From Octopus vulgaris (taxonomy: Eukaryota), in the NCBI GenBank assembly GCA_951406725.2, contig OX597817.1, positions 112,158,001-112,222,000 on the forward strand: a DNA stretch of 64,000 bases, read 5' to 3'. Positions 27,201 through 41,168 of this stretch are shown one piece after another. The notes under the pieces are model-generated. The model saw only the letters and a list, made by a program, of their open reading frames with translations. It did not search any database and was not told the DNA's origin. Made by a program: the position numbers and the translations under genes. The first letter of the stretch is position 1; each line of letters starts with the position of its first letter.

Positions 27201-27454
27201 AAACTATTTGTTGTTCAGTGTTTCTATCTGTCAACCAATAAAAAATCGCTATATGCACTGTGTAAAACCATGTGAACATGTACTGCATTTTGATTAAGAC
27301 TAGATAAACATTTAACAAACTTTGAGTTTTAGTAATTTATTAAGAAGAAATGTAAAATATCTGAAATTGAGAGACATTACTTTTGTTTCTAAGTTTGAAT
27401 ATCATACATGACTGATTATTAATAAAAAATTTTGAAATTCTTTTTTGTGAACAG

Positions 27455-27556
27455 AAGTTAGTCAGTGAAGTTTTCCAAACAATGTGGTTTACTCCTTGCA
27501 AAGAGAAAGAATCAGATGAAAAACTTTTACGGCGAGTTGTGAATATTACTGAAGTG
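27455..27556 (+). CDS. NIPBL: NIPBL exon 19 (KLVSEVFQTMWFTP...VVNITEV)
   Basis: acag acceptor (CAG-AAG tandem), gtgagt donor. Confidence 0.93.
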
Positions 27557-28017
27557 GTGAGTTTTTCTTGATATTTACTGAACTCAAAATTCCATATTTT
27601 TATTTATTCAAGCAGTCATTTACAATTTTCATTTTTCCAACATCATGATTTTAAAAATATATTATTTGAAAAATATGTTAATGAGAGAATTTCAAGTAAT
27701 ATTCTTGATTAGAAGTATTCATTTTTGTTCTTTTCATGTTAATTGATGAAAGCAAGGTTTGTGAGTTAATAGTTCCAGACAAAATAAAATTAGATCAAAT
27801 ACAAATGTACGGCAATCTGATTTAATATATTTTTATTTTTTATTTTCATTCTTTTTTTTCTTGCACTACTTTCATTTATTGGCCTAAATGCGATAATTTT
27901 TGTTTCTTCATTGAATTTTCTGTAAATCTTTTACATGTGGCATTTTTCTTGTTTTGCAAAATTTTTTCAACATTTATGACATTATAAAGTCAATAAAATA
28001 TTATATAAGGGATTAGA

Positions 28018-28390
28018 CATAGGCATGACTGGTTAAGAAGTTCACTTCCTAACCACATAGTTTTGGGTTCAGTCCCACTGTATGGCTCCATGGGCAAGTG
28101 TCTGCTGTTATTGCACTGGGCCAATGAAAGCATTGAGTGGATTTGCCAGGTAGAAACTAGAAACCTATTGTGTATGTGTGTCTCCTTGTCTTTACCTGAC
28201 ATGTATTTTGTGTGTCACTGTTCGACAGGTGTGTCTTTATGAAGCCATGTCCAGTCAAAGGGACATTACTTAATATAAAAACAGGTAAATGGCAACAAGA
28301 AGGGCATCCTGTGATAGAAAAAATGCCCCATTGAATTCCATATGATCCATGCAAGCATGGGATAGTGAACATCAGGACAATAATGATGAT
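28018..28390 (+). mobile_element. SINE family B variant with RTE-like tail
   Basis: ggttaagaagt...ggttcagtcccactg...tgggcaagtgtc head; catgcaagcatgg tail. Confidence 0.7.
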
Positions 28391-29877
28391 TCTAGTCTAT
28401 CAAATAATTTCAAGGTTGTAGCTGTTTTACCTTTTCCTTGAAGATAATGAAGGAGATCAGTCATTGATAGCTATCTTTGATTAGAAAATATCAACTATGT
28501 GTATGTGTCCCTTGTCTTGATATTGCATGGTAGTTGTAAATGAACGTCATTGTCATACAAGCTGTGTCATTCATTTCCTATATTCTGCAAAAGCATACCT
28601 GGCTATGGGCGAGGCTGGCTGTAGAAAATCTGCTCAAAAAATTTTGACTCATGCAAGCGCAGAAAAGTGGACATTAAACTGGTGCTAATGATATCCACAC
28701 ATGCATGCATGATTGTGCACACACATTTAAAAAGTAGTTTTTAAAATGATTCTTAGTATAGTTACAAGATTTGAAAAAAAAACCCAAAAAAAAACCGAAT
28801 GACAAATCTTTTGGAAAGATGCATTTGTGATGTGTAATTGCTTTCACAGTATTTCAAACATTTTTTATGGGGTAATCTGTATTTTTAGTAGCAGCATTGA
28901 CTATTTCTGGTTTAGTTCCAGATTTAAGATTCTTAATAAGTATTCTTCTTTTGTTTTTCATACTTGATCATTTCTCCTCCTTTATTTTGAAAATGGGGCT
29001 ATTTTGAATTTTCTATTTGCATAAATGTATAGATCTTCATTTCTAAGGGAACATTTCTAAGAGATGAATCTCTGATTTGTTGCTTATGTATCTTAATCCA
29101 ACGTATTAATTTTGATCCTGTTTAGTTGATATAATTCCCATTGCATTGTGGGCATGTAATGCAGTAAATGTGAATTTTTTGTTTTGCAATTCATATTTGT
29201 GTTAATCTTCATTCTTGAACCTTTTCATTTTGCCCTGTTCAGTTATTTCACACACTCCACAATGAAGGTCTCCACATTTAGCTACTTGCCTGATTTCTTC
29301 TGATGTGAATTTCACCTTTCTTAAAAGACTTTCAAGATTTATTGGTTGTCTTCAGCTGTTGATAATTTGTGATTCCTTAATTATTTGGCTGAGATTTGAT
29401 GATTGATGTAGGAATGGAAGGTATTGCTTGACCAAATACAAGATGTCTTGCTGCCTAAGATTATGGGTGACTACAAATGAAATATTCTTTTTGCTTTTGA
29501 CTTTGCCCTCATTATTAGTGTTTCTTCATAAGACAGAGACTGAGATCTTTTTTTTTTTTTTTGCCTTGGTTAGTGCATGGGTTTTTCAAGTATTTTTGTT
29601 TCAGAAGGAATATTCTTAGTTAAACCAGTTGTCTCTCTCTTCTATTTGTGTCCATGACTATTGAATGTAAACTTGGTGCACAAGGGGCAAATCACTCAGT
29701 TTGGATAGTCTTTCCTATGAGCTTTGCACTAATACTTGTCTTTTATGACTTTTCCCTGACACTGATTCAGCAATGGTGGCATTTAATTATGTAGTATATC
29801 TTGCTGCACAATGGATCGATGTGAAGACCAGTGGCATAAGTATCTTACTTGGAAACTTCCTCAAGAGTCTTATCAAA

Positions 29878-30328
29878 GGTGCAGGCATGGCTGTGTGGTA
29901 AGAAGCTTGCTTTCCAACCACATAGTTCCAGGTTCAGTCCCACTGCATGACAACCTGGACAAGTATCTTCAACTATATCCTTAGACCAATCAAAGTCGTG
30001 TGAGTAGATTTGGTAATCAGAAACTGAAAGAAGTCCATTGTGTGTGTATATATATATATATATATCATCGTCATTGTCATCATCTGTGTGTGTGTGTGTG
30101 TGTGTGTGTCTTTGTGTCAGTGTTTGTTTCCTACCACCACTTGACAACCAGTGCTGGTGTGTTTATGTTCCTGTAACTTAGAGGTTTGGCTAAAGCAACT
30201 GATAAAATAAGTACTAGGCTTTAAGAAATAAATAAGTTCTGGAGTTGCTTTGTTTCATCAAAACTCTTTAAGGTGATGTCCCAGCATGGCCACAGTCAAA
30301 TGACTGAAACAAGTAATAGATAAAAGAT
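29878..30328 (+). mobile_element. SINE family B, near full length, with internal (TA)/(TG) repeats
   Basis: ggctgtgtggtaagaagc A-box region, ggttcagtccc B box, tail cccagcatggccacagtcaaatgactgaaacaagta. Confidence 0.82.
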
Positions 30329-30444
30329 GAGCCCTGAAATCAGGTAAAAGTGAACACACGTACACATAAGTAGAATATAATAAATGGTGTTGATTATGAT
30401 GCTATATTTATTATAACTTTATGAAATTTTCTTTTAATTTTTAG

Positions 30445-30498
30445 GTTGCAGCTTGCAAGGATTCTGGTATTGAATTCTTTGAACAAATGTTGGAAAAT
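30445..30498 (+). CDS. NIPBL: NIPBL exon 20 (VAACKDSGIEFFEQMLEN)
   Basis: ttag/gtgagt; resembles VAACRDTGYDWFEQLLQN. Confidence 0.92.
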
Positions 30499-31295
30499 GT
30501 GAGTAGTCACTTGATGGTTTGTTGTTAATAAAAAATATTTATATATTTTAGAAAATATAATTAAAATGTTATTTTTCTTCAACATTTTAAAAAATACCAG
30601 AACTCCGTATATAAATATATTGTTTTGATAATTTTGCCAACAGTAGTGCATTTACCATTTTAGATAACTTAAATGTGTTGTGATACTCTAAAAGTGTTTC
30701 ACTTGAGATTTGCTGTCACAGATGATCAAAACTGAAGTCTTTTGTGACTCCATGGAAGAAGTCTAGTCTTCAGAATGTAGCTTTGTTGATGTGTGTGCTC
30801 AGTCAGTAAGAAAGATATGATGATAGTAATGAAATTAAGATGATAAAAGACAGAAAGGCAAGAATAGTTTTGTATTGCTGTCACAACAATTGATTAGGTT
30901 GAACTGAAAGTTGCTTTCTTTGATGATTGGCACTACAACATATCATCAGTTGTTACAAAAGTATATCAAGTGCATTATAAAGAGAAATAAAGAGTCTCAA
31001 GCTGCTAATATATCAGATTATGAATGTGTTAAAAAGACATGCAAACAGCTCAGAGTCGAGCTAAGTTGGCTACACTATAACAGCCTGATATAAATGTTTA
31101 TCTTCAGATCAGTGCTGATTGAACAGACCTATGATTAAAAGCATTCAAATTGTGCCTCTTCTTCATTTTAGATGTAGGTTTACATTATCCAATGTGTCTT
31201 TTCTTTTTCAAGTTGGTAGTGTGTAGGTTGAAGAAGATTAGGCTGCTAGTTCTAGCAGATTGAGGGACCTTGTAGAGGCTCCTTTGTTCTTGCAG

Positions 31296-31306
31296 CCGTC
31301 GTCGTT

Positions 31307-31338
<32 letters not shown>

Positions 31339-31510
31339 TTAACATCCATTTTCCATGCTGGCATGGGTTGGATGACTTGACAAGAACTGACAAGGCCAGG
31401 CGCTGCACTAGGTTCCATAGTCTGTTTTAGCTTGGTTTCTGCAGCTGGATGCCCTTCCTAATGCCAACCACTTTACAAAGTGTACTGAATGCTTTTTATG
31501 TGGCATCATT
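31296..31510 (-). mobile_element. RTE-tail repeat with (CAT)n end
   Basis: (cat)n tttaacatccattttccatgctggcatgggttgga. Confidence 0.75.
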
Positions 31511-31742
31511 ATCAGTGCTTTTTAGTAGCAGTAGAAATAGATATTGAAAATTCAAGTAGAAATAGTTAAGTATTAAGCATTCTAAAGTTGCTTTGGATCT
31601 ACAAGAAAAGTTGAAACTCTGAGTAGCTTTAAACCAAAGTCTGTTATGCTTATAGTTTGTTTGTGGAACTGTATGAGATTTTCTATTTATGTGTGTTTGT
31701 TTAAATTATACTTTTCTTTTGAATGTAAATATACATTTGCAG

Positions 31743-31854
31743 CTGTTAAAAGAAGATGAAAATGGGAAAGTCAACAAAAGTGCACTTCAAGCTTGTCGCC
31801 AAATTGTAAATTGCCTTGTCGGTAATGTTTTATCATTGGAAGAAAAATCTGTCG
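31743..31854 (+). CDS. NIPBL: NIPBL exon 21 (LLKEDENGKVNKSALQACRQIVNCLVGNVLSLEEKSV)
   Basis: gcag/gtgagc; phase 0/1. Confidence 0.92.
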
Positions 31855-32399
31855 GTGAGCTTCATTTCACTTCTATTTTCCTGTTTGATCTTAATAAAAA
31901 TGTAATTCTACTTAGATTATAAAATATTGTTCTTTCCTAATACCTTTCATTTTATATGAGGTCAGCATCTCAAGATCAGGTTTTACCACTTTGCCAAATT
32001 TACCCTGTGGCCTTTCAATTCTTGGTTTTGCTTCCATGTCTGAGGTTTCTTCTCTAAGAAATTTATCAGGTTTCTTCTCTAAGAAATTTATCATTTTTAT
32101 ATTATATTATTTAATTAGCTCTGGCTCGTCATCATCATAATGTTTTAATATCTATGAAAGATTACAACACTTTGACTTAAATAAAAGAGATTAGGAATCA
32201 TTCATTTTGTCATTGATTCATTGAATGTATACAGATGCATTAACTATATTTCTACCAACTTTCTTTCCTTTCCTTCCAATTCCTCTATCTCCTTTTCCTC
32301 ACTCTCTCTCCTCATCCCCACTCTCCTTATTAAAGAAGATGAATGATCATTCCTAAATATTTTAAGGGTTTACTTTATTGTACATTACTTTCTTTCAAG

Positions 32400-32539
32400 A
32401 AACAGTGGATGGATCTGGAAATAATAGTGAGCATTTAGTGGCTTGTCTGTCAACGTTATACATGTTCAGCAAGATAAGACCTGATTTAGCTGTGCATCAT
32501 GGAACAACCTTGCAGCCTTACCTGGATATCAAGTGCAAT
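32400..32539 (+). CDS. NIPBL: NIPBL exon 22 (ETVDGSGNNSEHLVACLSTLYMFSKIRP...QPYLDIKCN); alternative in-frame start at 32406
   Basis: tcaag or aacag acceptor, gttagt donor. Confidence 0.88.
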
Positions 32540-33041
32540 GTTAGTAACATTTAAAATTATGCTTTATGGTTTTGATCTCAATATCATTTTTTGCATTTTG
32601 GTCACATATTACATTAGTGTGTCACTGTTTATGATTAAAATTTTGAAAAGATAGTTGAATTTATATGTCATTCTTTATTGATATTTGTTGCTAATGAAAT
32701 TTATGTAAATTTCTATAACCTAGCTGTGTAAGCTAATAAGTCATCACCACCACAGTTATTATTTATCTTAATGCTGTTAATGTTCATCAAAATAGCACAA
32801 ATTTCTATTGTTCTAAAATGAATTTGAGATTATTGATATTTTAATTTAGATAACACTGATATGTTAATGAGTTCATTTTTTTTAATTAATATTTTGAAGA
32901 GAAATATCAAGCAAATGTTAATATTCTAAATTTTCTATCTTGAATTCCTTTTAAATATCTTTCATTTGGTATTATAATGACTTGATAATATTTAAAAATT
33001 TTGATAAATATTAACTAATTCTGTTCATATATTTTTCTTAG

Positions 33042-33182
33042 ACCGTAGAAGACACAATGGTTCTTCATCATGTTGCCAGAATATTAGAATTAATTGTGCC
33101 TCTGATGGACCACCCAAGTGAATCATTCCTTGCACAGTTGGAAGAAGACATGATAAAATTAATTCTTAAGCATGGCATGATG
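33042..33182 (+). CDS. NIPBL: NIPBL exon 23 (TVEDTMVLHHVARILELIVPLMDHPSESFLAQLEEDMIKLILKHGMM)
   Basis: ttag/gtaaat. Confidence 0.94.
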
Positions 33183-34302
33183 GTAAATTGACAATTTTCA
33201 TTTATTAGTAACAGTTACCTATGTTACTGGAGTGTGTATGTGTGCACGTGTAAAACTTAGCCATGCAGTAAAACATATTTTTTCTGCAGAAAAGATAGGT
33301 ATGTTATTGCATGCATTATGTTATATTTTGTCAAGATCACAGCTGTGTATAACATTTAAATTCTGAATAGGGAAAGATTTAATGCTTTGTTGAATAGGGA
33401 TGTAATCATTTACTCTTGAATAACCTGTATTATTGGTACTTATTTGATTAGTCTTGGAGGACTGAAAATTGGTTATTAAGGATGGCATTTAGACTCAAAA
33501 CAGAGATGTACTAAATGAGTTTTATTAAGAGATAGTTGTAACTGTACAAAACACACAATATATAGTATGTTTTGTACAGTTACAACCATCTCTGCTACTT
33601 TAGGATATAAATATATTGATTCAGTGAAAAAATAAAATGATATTCATCACATTTAAAACATCAGTCTAGTTTTACTAGTAATAAATAAACTTTTATTCAA
33701 GTTTCTATACTTATCATGTAAATTAGTTAATTTAGTATTAATACTGTGATGAATATAAATACATCACATTTTTTACTTTTTTGAAGTATTTGCTTTATGT
33801 TTCTTATTTTTATACTGAACACTAACCAAATTGTGTTCTTAACCAGGGTACACAACTTACATTGCAATACATTGATTGCTATATGTGAGAAAACTCATTT
33901 ATTTTTATAATAAAATTTCCATTTGCTCTCTTTATCAATATGGCAATATGCATGTTCTAGTTTTTTTTTATAATCAACCAATTGAGTGCAGCTTCTTACT
34001 TCATTGCTTAGTATTAGTTGAATATGCAACGATTTTATTTTCTCTACTGATTGTCTAGTTTTACATTCTATAATTTGTCATCATTTAATGTCTGTCTTCC
34101 ATGCTGGCATGGGTTGGACAGTTTGTAAGGAGTTGGCAAGCCAGAGAGTTGCATCAGCTCCATTGTGTTGAGTAAATATTTTTTTTGAGTTGTGAACATG
34201 ACAAACATTTTGTATTAATGTTTTAGGTTTCTTCTAAATCTAGACTTGATTTTTTTTTCTGTGTGACTTGAAGTTAAAATACTTTATCTTTACAAATTTT
34301 AG

Positions 34303-34396
34303 GTGTTGCAGAGTTGTGTGAGTTGTTTAGGAGCTGTTGTGAACAATGTCAGTCATAATTACAGGCTGGTCAAAGACTGTTTTCAAAAATTCTTTG
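34303..34396 (+). CDS. NIPBL: NIPBL exon 24 (VLQSCVSCLGAVVNNVSHNYRLVKDCFQKFF)
   Basis: ttag/gttagt; phase 0/1. Confidence 0.93.
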
Positions 34397-34512
34397 GTTA
34401 GTATATTGATGAAAATTTATATTTTTGTATATTTTGAATGCAGTTTTCATTTGCTTTGTACTGTTATTCCATTTACCTTTATCAATAATAAAACCAGTGC
34501 TTTCTTATTTAA

Positions 34513-34730
34513 CCCTTTATCATTTAAACCAGCCATATCCAGCCAAAATATTCTACTAGTTTTATGTTCAAACTGACCAGATCTGGGCTCTCACACTTAC
34601 CCTACAATATTATTCCAGAAATAAATACTCACATCATTGAAATTTCAAAGCTACAGGATAATGCATGACTAATCCAAATTGATGTGAATAAATAAGCATT
34701 ACATTTGACAGAATAATCTGAATGCTAAAG
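34513..34730. mobile_element. piggyBac-like MITE copy
   Basis: ttaa-ccctttatcatt...aatgctaaag. Confidence 0.75.
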
Positions 34731-34840
34731 TAATTGTGTTATATATGTTTTATGTAGCGTATATTTTATTAGTATCTCTTAATATTTGTCTGTCTTGTGA
34801 GTATGTTGGCATCTATCTGTCTTGTATGAATTTATCTGTT

Positions 34841-35005
34841 TGAAGTCTGTCCAAAAAGAAAGAACTTTTTAAAAAGTAAATTTATCACTTTACTCAGAAT
34901 GTCTCCTTCAAAATATTTCTCTTCACTATTGGTACATTGTTTCCAACACCCCCCCCCTTTTCCCCCATTTTTGGGATGCATTTAGAATACTTTTTCTTGG
35001 TAGCT

Positions 35006-35103
<98 letters not shown>

Positions 35104-36137
35104 CACACACACACATACATATATATGCATACACACACACACACATATATAAATATGTCGTATGTTGTCTGATTTTGGGTTTGGGAACAAAAACGTTTGC
35201 AGAGTCTAGTTCCGGAAAGTAAACTGGCTGGTTGTTAAGAATCATCTTATGCTTTTGTCAAAATGCCCCAGATAAAGTAACATGGGAGTAGCTCCTGTTA
35301 TCACAGTACAGCATCTGGGTATTGTTTGTCCAAATTTCAGGCCTCTTTTTTGCACTGCTTTTCTCAAATGCTTCAGGACATCTCAGAAAACTTTTCACGA
35401 ACTGTCTGCCAATGTGAAAAGCTCACAATGAATGACGGACTTCTAATTAAAAAAGGCTGACATAATCTTTACATTTGAGGGGTTCTGCTGTACTTTATTT
35501 GGTCATGGCAGAAAGATCAACCCACTGCAATTACTACTTTTTGGTTTCAATATTGTAGCCATATACTCACATTTTGTCACTTGTTATGGCATTTTCCTGA
35601 AAGTTTACACCAGCACTTGAATAATGACGCAGACTGACTATAACTTGGTTCTCTTTTTATTCACCTGTCAGAAAACTCTCTACAATTAGGAAATTATGTG
35701 ACAGAAATTTTAACAGATTCCTATTTGTTCTAAAACTTTATGGGATAGTTATATAATGATTTTCATAGGTCACAGTACTCACTTTGGCTTATCATTTATA
35801 GGTGTTATTCCTACAATGCATTACATACAGTTCAAACAATCCTCTCCCCATTTGCTACAGCTTTAGAGATGTCTCTGTAAAAGTCTTTCCTAATTTGAGA
35901 TAGATTTTCACATGTTTTTCTTTCAAATCCATTGTTTGACTTACTACAAATCACCCAGTGTAGTAAACCTACATTCACTTTTGAGCATATAAATGGATGA
36001 TTGACTAACTGATATGACTATTATTATACTGATAATCAAGATCATCCATGTGCAGCACTGCAGTTACTATAAAGCTGCAGCAAATAATTGATGCAGTTTC
36101 AAAAGTTCAGTTTCTCTTTTTGGACAGCTAGACTTTG
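34841..36137 (-). mobile_element. Decayed mariner (DD34D-type) element interrupted by a (TA)n/(CA)n expansion
   Basis: TIR cores ctgtccaaaaag / ctttttggacag; minus-strand remnants ITSDKM*VYGYNIETK (cf. ITGDETWVYGYD.ETK), LKHLRKAVQKR and C-terminal ..YFEGD. Confidence 0.75.
35012..35150. repeat. Long (TA)n followed by (CA)n
   Basis: Read directly from the sequence. Confidence 0.95.
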
Positions 36138-36231
36138 TATGTAATTGTTTCTGTGAGTTTTTCTAATATATGTGCGTATATACATGTGTGTGTATGTGTA
36201 TATATTTATTTTTTGTATTAACATTCTTCAG

Positions 36232-36383
36232 GTGTCCTGTCTAAATTGATGGCTGATCATAAGAAAAATCCTGATAATCCAACTCTTGTGAGCAGAAGAC
36301 CTACTTTATTACGGGCTTTATTCACAGTTGGTTTGTTGTGTAGGCACTTTGATTTTGATTCCAAAGATATGGGTGAAACAAAG
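36232..36383 (+). CDS. NIPBL: NIPBL exon 25 (GVLSKL...LLRALFTVGLLCRHFDFD...TK)
   Basis: tcag/gtaagc; phase 1/0. Confidence 0.94.
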
Positions 36384-38117
36384 GTAAGCTACTGTATTGT
36401 TTTGAACAACATTAATAAACAAAATCACATGAGTGACTTAGGTTATGCTTGAAATATAGAGAAAGGGTTAATATACAATAATTTGAACTTGTTGATGATG
36501 GTAGGAAAATAGTTGTACTTAGTAGAAAGACGTGTAATTTGTGTGAGTGTAAAAAAAAAAGGGCATTTCAAATGCCTGAAATGAACCTGAGTGATTGGTT
36601 TTAGATTGGTGTAAGGTTGGCTATGTCATTAAGAAGTTTGCTTGGTAACCACATAGCTGTGGGTTTGTTTCTGTTCTGCTGCACTTTGGGCAAGTGTTTT
36701 CTCCCATAACTTTCCCTTGTAGTAAATACAGTACAACCAGACAACTCATAGGTAGCTATAGTTATTATAACATAGCAATGTGCAGCATGTATAATACCTA
36801 ATTTTTGTTGTTCAAATTTTTTTTTCTGTTTTTCTCATTAGCATAACTCGTAATTTCAGAATCCTGATACTTTCCCATAGGAGAGTTCCATAATTTTACC
36901 AGTGGACTAGTGGACTAGTAGGATCCCTAGTTCCACAGAATGAAAAAGATTAGGAGGAGCAATTTAAGAAAGAAAGGATGATTTGCATTTTTATTGCATA
37001 TAAATCTTATTGTTGCCTAAGCAATAAATGATATAAAAATATACAATAACAATCTATACAATACTTAATGTACATATCATTCATTAGTATTTAATATGCA
37101 ATTATATATATTGATCTTGCATTTTCAATAGAATTCTTCTGCTATTGCTCTGTCTTATATTATCTCTCTTGTTCACCCCACCTTGAATAAACAGGGAAAA
37201 TGTAGAGTAGGTAGGACTTTCCTGACTTGTAGGATAGAAAGCAACTTTACTTGTGCTGGTGTCAAAATAAGACAAATCTGTTAATCCAATGTTGAGGTTG
37301 GTGAATAAATGGAAACAATGTGGGGTTGAGAACACCATATAGTCTTACTGTGGACATAACAATATCTCTACTTCTGGTGCCATGATAAAATGCATTCAGT
37401 ACACTCAGTAAAATAATTGGTGTTAGGAAGGGCCTCCAGTCAAAAAAATTCTGTCAAAAACAGAATGTATCAATGAAACTTGATCTCTAACCCATCTAGG
37501 AGAGTCTTATTGTTGAAGTGGCTACTGAAACATTTCACCATACTAACCTGCCCCAGGGTTCCACAGTTTCATGTTGTACATAAATGTAATTGAGTGATCT
37601 TCATTCTCTATCAGGGAGCAGAAGTCTCCAAAATATTACTTCTGATATGGCCTGATACTTAGCACATTTGCAGTGGCCAGCAAAGCCTCTTCTGTGTTGA
37701 GAAACAAGAGTAGAAATCTAGGTAGTTAATTACTTTGAATAATAACTGATTAGAATTGTGCTGATCTGTCCATCTCATGGTAGCATGGAAAAATGGAAAA
37801 TGATGTAATGATATATCATCAGCATCATTTCATATTCACTTTCCATACTGCCATGGGTTAGATGGGTCAATGCTGCTCTCCTAGTTGGAGGACCACATTT
37901 CACTAAAAGTTTCACTTTGGATTTCTTTCTGTGGCTGGATCCCAACAATTTCACAGAAAGTACTGAATGCATTTCATCGTGACACCAGCAGTAGAGAGGG
38001 TGTCACATTTTTGACAAGACTAACAGGTCCTCTCAAACTTACACTTTACACTCGCATGCATACATGCGCATGCACGCTATATGCTTGTTTATATTCATCA
38101 ATATTAGTTGTTTATAA

Positions 38118-38328
38118 GGTGGAAAACTGGCAGAATTTTTAACATGCCAGGCAAAATGCTTAGTGGCATTTCGTTCATCTTCACATTTTGAGTTCAGATT
38201 TCACCAAGGTCAACTTTACTTTCATTTTTTCAGGGTTGATGAAATAAGTACTAGTTAAACACTGGGTTGATATAATTGACTTGCCCCATTCCCCAAAACT
38301 GTTGGTCTTGTGCCAAAATTTGAAACCA
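38118..38328 (+). mobile_element. SINE family A copy
   Basis: Head, B box and body match the other copies. Confidence 0.8.
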
Positions 38329-38462
38329 CTATTCATTGTTTATGACATATTGGTCCTTTATTTTAAGCAACAGAAATTAAGAGTAAAGTAGTTACCTATG
38401 TTCTACAAGAATTTTCAATTTATAGACAAAAATTAATGAGGATTGTATTCTGTTGATCACAG

Positions 38463-38553
38463 GTTTCCATTAAGGATCGGGTTTTTGATGTTCTTTCATA
38501 TTTTATTGCCCACGAAGATGAAGATGTGCGCATAAAAGCTCTCACAGGTTTAG
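38463..38553 (+). CDS. NIPBL: NIPBL exon 26 (VSIKDRVFDVLSYFIAHEDEDVRIKALTGL)
   Basis: acag/gtaagt; phase 0/1. Confidence 0.93.
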
Positions 38554-39649
38554 GTAAGTGAAATTTTCTTATTGGTTTTTAAAATAATATCCTTTTTATA
38601 AAACTAAAATTTCTGGATTTTGGATTGCTATATATGGGGCATAGATCTGCAGCAAGATATTGTTGGTTATTTTAAATATGGTCAACTTATCCATCATAGT
38701 GTTGAACAATATTCTTTGGTTCCCTATCAATTTGTCATGTTTCTTTGTCTCCTATTAAATGACTCAGTTTCTCCTTTAATGGAATATTCTATTGTACTTG
38801 GGATATGACTAAAGTATAAATTTAAATATAAAAGGAGTAAATTTAAGAAGAGGAAAAATATTGTCTTTTTGATCAAATTTTATTCTATTGTCACATTTTT
38901 AAATAAGTTGTTCTTGTAGAAAATTAATAAAAGTTTAATTTCACTTATAAATTAATCCATTTGTGGTTTATAACTTTTAACAAAACAAGTGTCAACTTAT
39001 TATGTGCCTTCTACATTTGCTGTAAATTTAAAATTAAATGTTCAGTTAGACTTCTGGGTTTTCACTGAAAGTGATGATTTACATTTATCTATTAAGTTGT
39101 AATTCATAGATGTAATTCGTTTAGTAGAATTATTAATGCATTTGAAAAAATGCTTTGTGGTATTCATTCCAGCTCATACTGAGTTCAAATTTTGACAAGT
39201 GCAACTTAGTTTTTTATCCTTTCAGAGTTGATAAAATAGTCAATCAAGTACTGGGATTGATAGCATTGGAATTTTTGGCCTTGAGCCTAAATTACAAACA
39301 AATATGTATAACAAAATGTCACCTTTGTTTAAAATGAAACTTTACTGTTATAAAGCAATCTAAGTTCGAGTATTCTATTAATTATATTGGAAAGAATACA
39401 AGCGTATAAATATTTCAAAATTGAGTTACTACTATCTTTTTACTGCTACTGATTTGCCAATAAAGAAGTTTCTAAACAATTAATGGTTTAAGAATTCCTA
39501 GAATTTAAAAAGAAAAAAAAATTCATGACTTATTTGCCTTGATTACATGGAAATATGACAGATAATTCAGTATTTATATCTGCAATACCATGAAAGTATA
39601 GTTTCAGTATAACTGATTGAGCTTATCTTCAAATTGTATTTTGTTTTAG

Positions 39650-39756
39650 GTTTCATGTGTATCCGTCATTATGAGTACATGCTTGGGAGGACCCTTAAAG
39701 AGCTTTATTATTATCTTCTGACTGACTATAATGCATCAATGAAACTAAAAATTCAA
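39650..39756 (+). CDS. NIPBL: NIPBL exon 27 (GFMCIRHYEYML...MKLKIQ)
   Basis: ttag/gtatgt; phase 1/0. Confidence 0.93.
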
Positions 39757-40183
39757 GTATGTTTTTCTTTGTTCTTTAAGCATATTTTATCAATTAAAAT
39801 ATTACTTACAGTTGATACATAAAATAGTTAATTAATACATTCATCTAAAGAAATGTGTGCATTAGTCACACATTCTCATACACAAAATATCACTCCATCT
39901 TGTGTGATTTATGTCAAAAGTAAAGATTAATTTAGATTTATTAGGTTCATTGCAACAAGTTTTAAGAATGTTTATGGTACTTGTATCTGTTAATTTAAAA
40001 TTTTCTAAAGAATTTAAATATAGATAAAAACTTTTTTGGATGAAACTATATTGGAATGAGATTAAAATTCTTGACAATTATTTAGAAAAACTTTGATGTA
40101 TATGTTTGTGCTAAATTATATTCTGTTTCCTATGTCTTTGTAGACATTTTGTAGCAATTATTATTATTATTTTTTTAATGTAG

Positions 40184-40250
40184 GCTTTGAAAAACCTTCA
40201 TGGTTATTTAGTTGAAGAAGAAGTCAAGATGATTCAAGCTGATGCAGAAT
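40184..40250 (+). CDS. NIPBL: NIPBL exon 28 (ALKNLHGYLVEEEVKMIQADAE)
   Basis: gtag/gtaagt; phase 0/1. Confidence 0.92.
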
Positions 40251-41113
40251 GTAAGTTTCCTGAGTTTGACTATTCTACAATCTTTTATTCTTAATTTGTA
40301 ATATAGGTTTGTAATGTATTTCATTTGATCTTTCAGATTTGAAATTAATTGATGTGAAAATGTCAAATAAATACCAAATATAATATGAGAGTGGGGTTAC
40401 TTTCTTCATTAAAATTATCTGATTAGCTTTATTCTTTCCTTGATTAACTATTAATAGGTTATTTTATGATATTTATTTTCATTAATCAGTAAAATTTGCT
40501 ATTCATACCTTGTTAAAAGAAAGTTCTGTTGCTTTTTGTTTAAGATAAATAAAAAGATATTCCTGATTATTCATCCATAATTCTTCTGTAGAAAGTGTAT
40601 GATATCTGCAAATATACAGCAGATAAACAAGATAATTTAGTTCAATTTTAAAGATTTTGGGAAGTACACAGTTATGTAGACTCAGTTGTTTTAATCTCAA
40701 AAATTTCTTTGGCATTGTTGGTAACATCTATTCATTCTGCTTTTGCATTCATAAAAGGATTTATCCTTAATACTGAATCAGGAAGCTGCTAAGCAGTATG
40801 CCACTTATATAATCTAGATAGTTAATTGCCATTGAAATATTGTGGCCGTCTTTAAAGTCTGAAATGTTGAATTTAGTAGAATTTTAGCATTTTGGTTCTG
40901 ATAACCCTGAACATAATGTTCTCAGGGATGAGTTACTTAGTTTCAGCATCCAGTGATCCACTGTAGTTGGAGGGAAGAAATTATCTGTTGGAAGATATTT
41001 GAAGTAATTGTGATTTGTGTTTTTGAAATGTTAAATAGCTGCCCTTGTAAGTGGCAGTTAGTTTTGAAAATGTCAATGTTGTGATTTACAATTAATATTA
41101 TTTTTTGTTTCAG

Positions 41114-41168
41114 GGAGAAAACAGTGTAAAGCTGAAGATCTAAGAGACATGGGTGACGTACAGTCTGG
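41114..41168 (+). CDS. NIPBL: NIPBL exon 29 (WRKQCKAEDLRDMGDVQS)
   Basis: tcag/gtatgt; phase 1/2; resembles EDLKEMGDVSSG. Confidence 0.93.

Noticed and set aside
29600-29870. L1/Tx1-like RT remnant (GKSLSLDSLSYEL)
   Set aside because: A single degenerate motif, too little to call without an alignment.
32043-32092. 25-bp tandem duplicate (also a 20-bp one at 15301-15340) as a CRISPR-like or regulatory array
   Set aside because: Only two adjacent units with no spacers; ordinary slippage duplications in eukaryotic DNA.
34937-35245. YI-repeat ORFs on both strands
   Set aside because: Translation of (TA)n.
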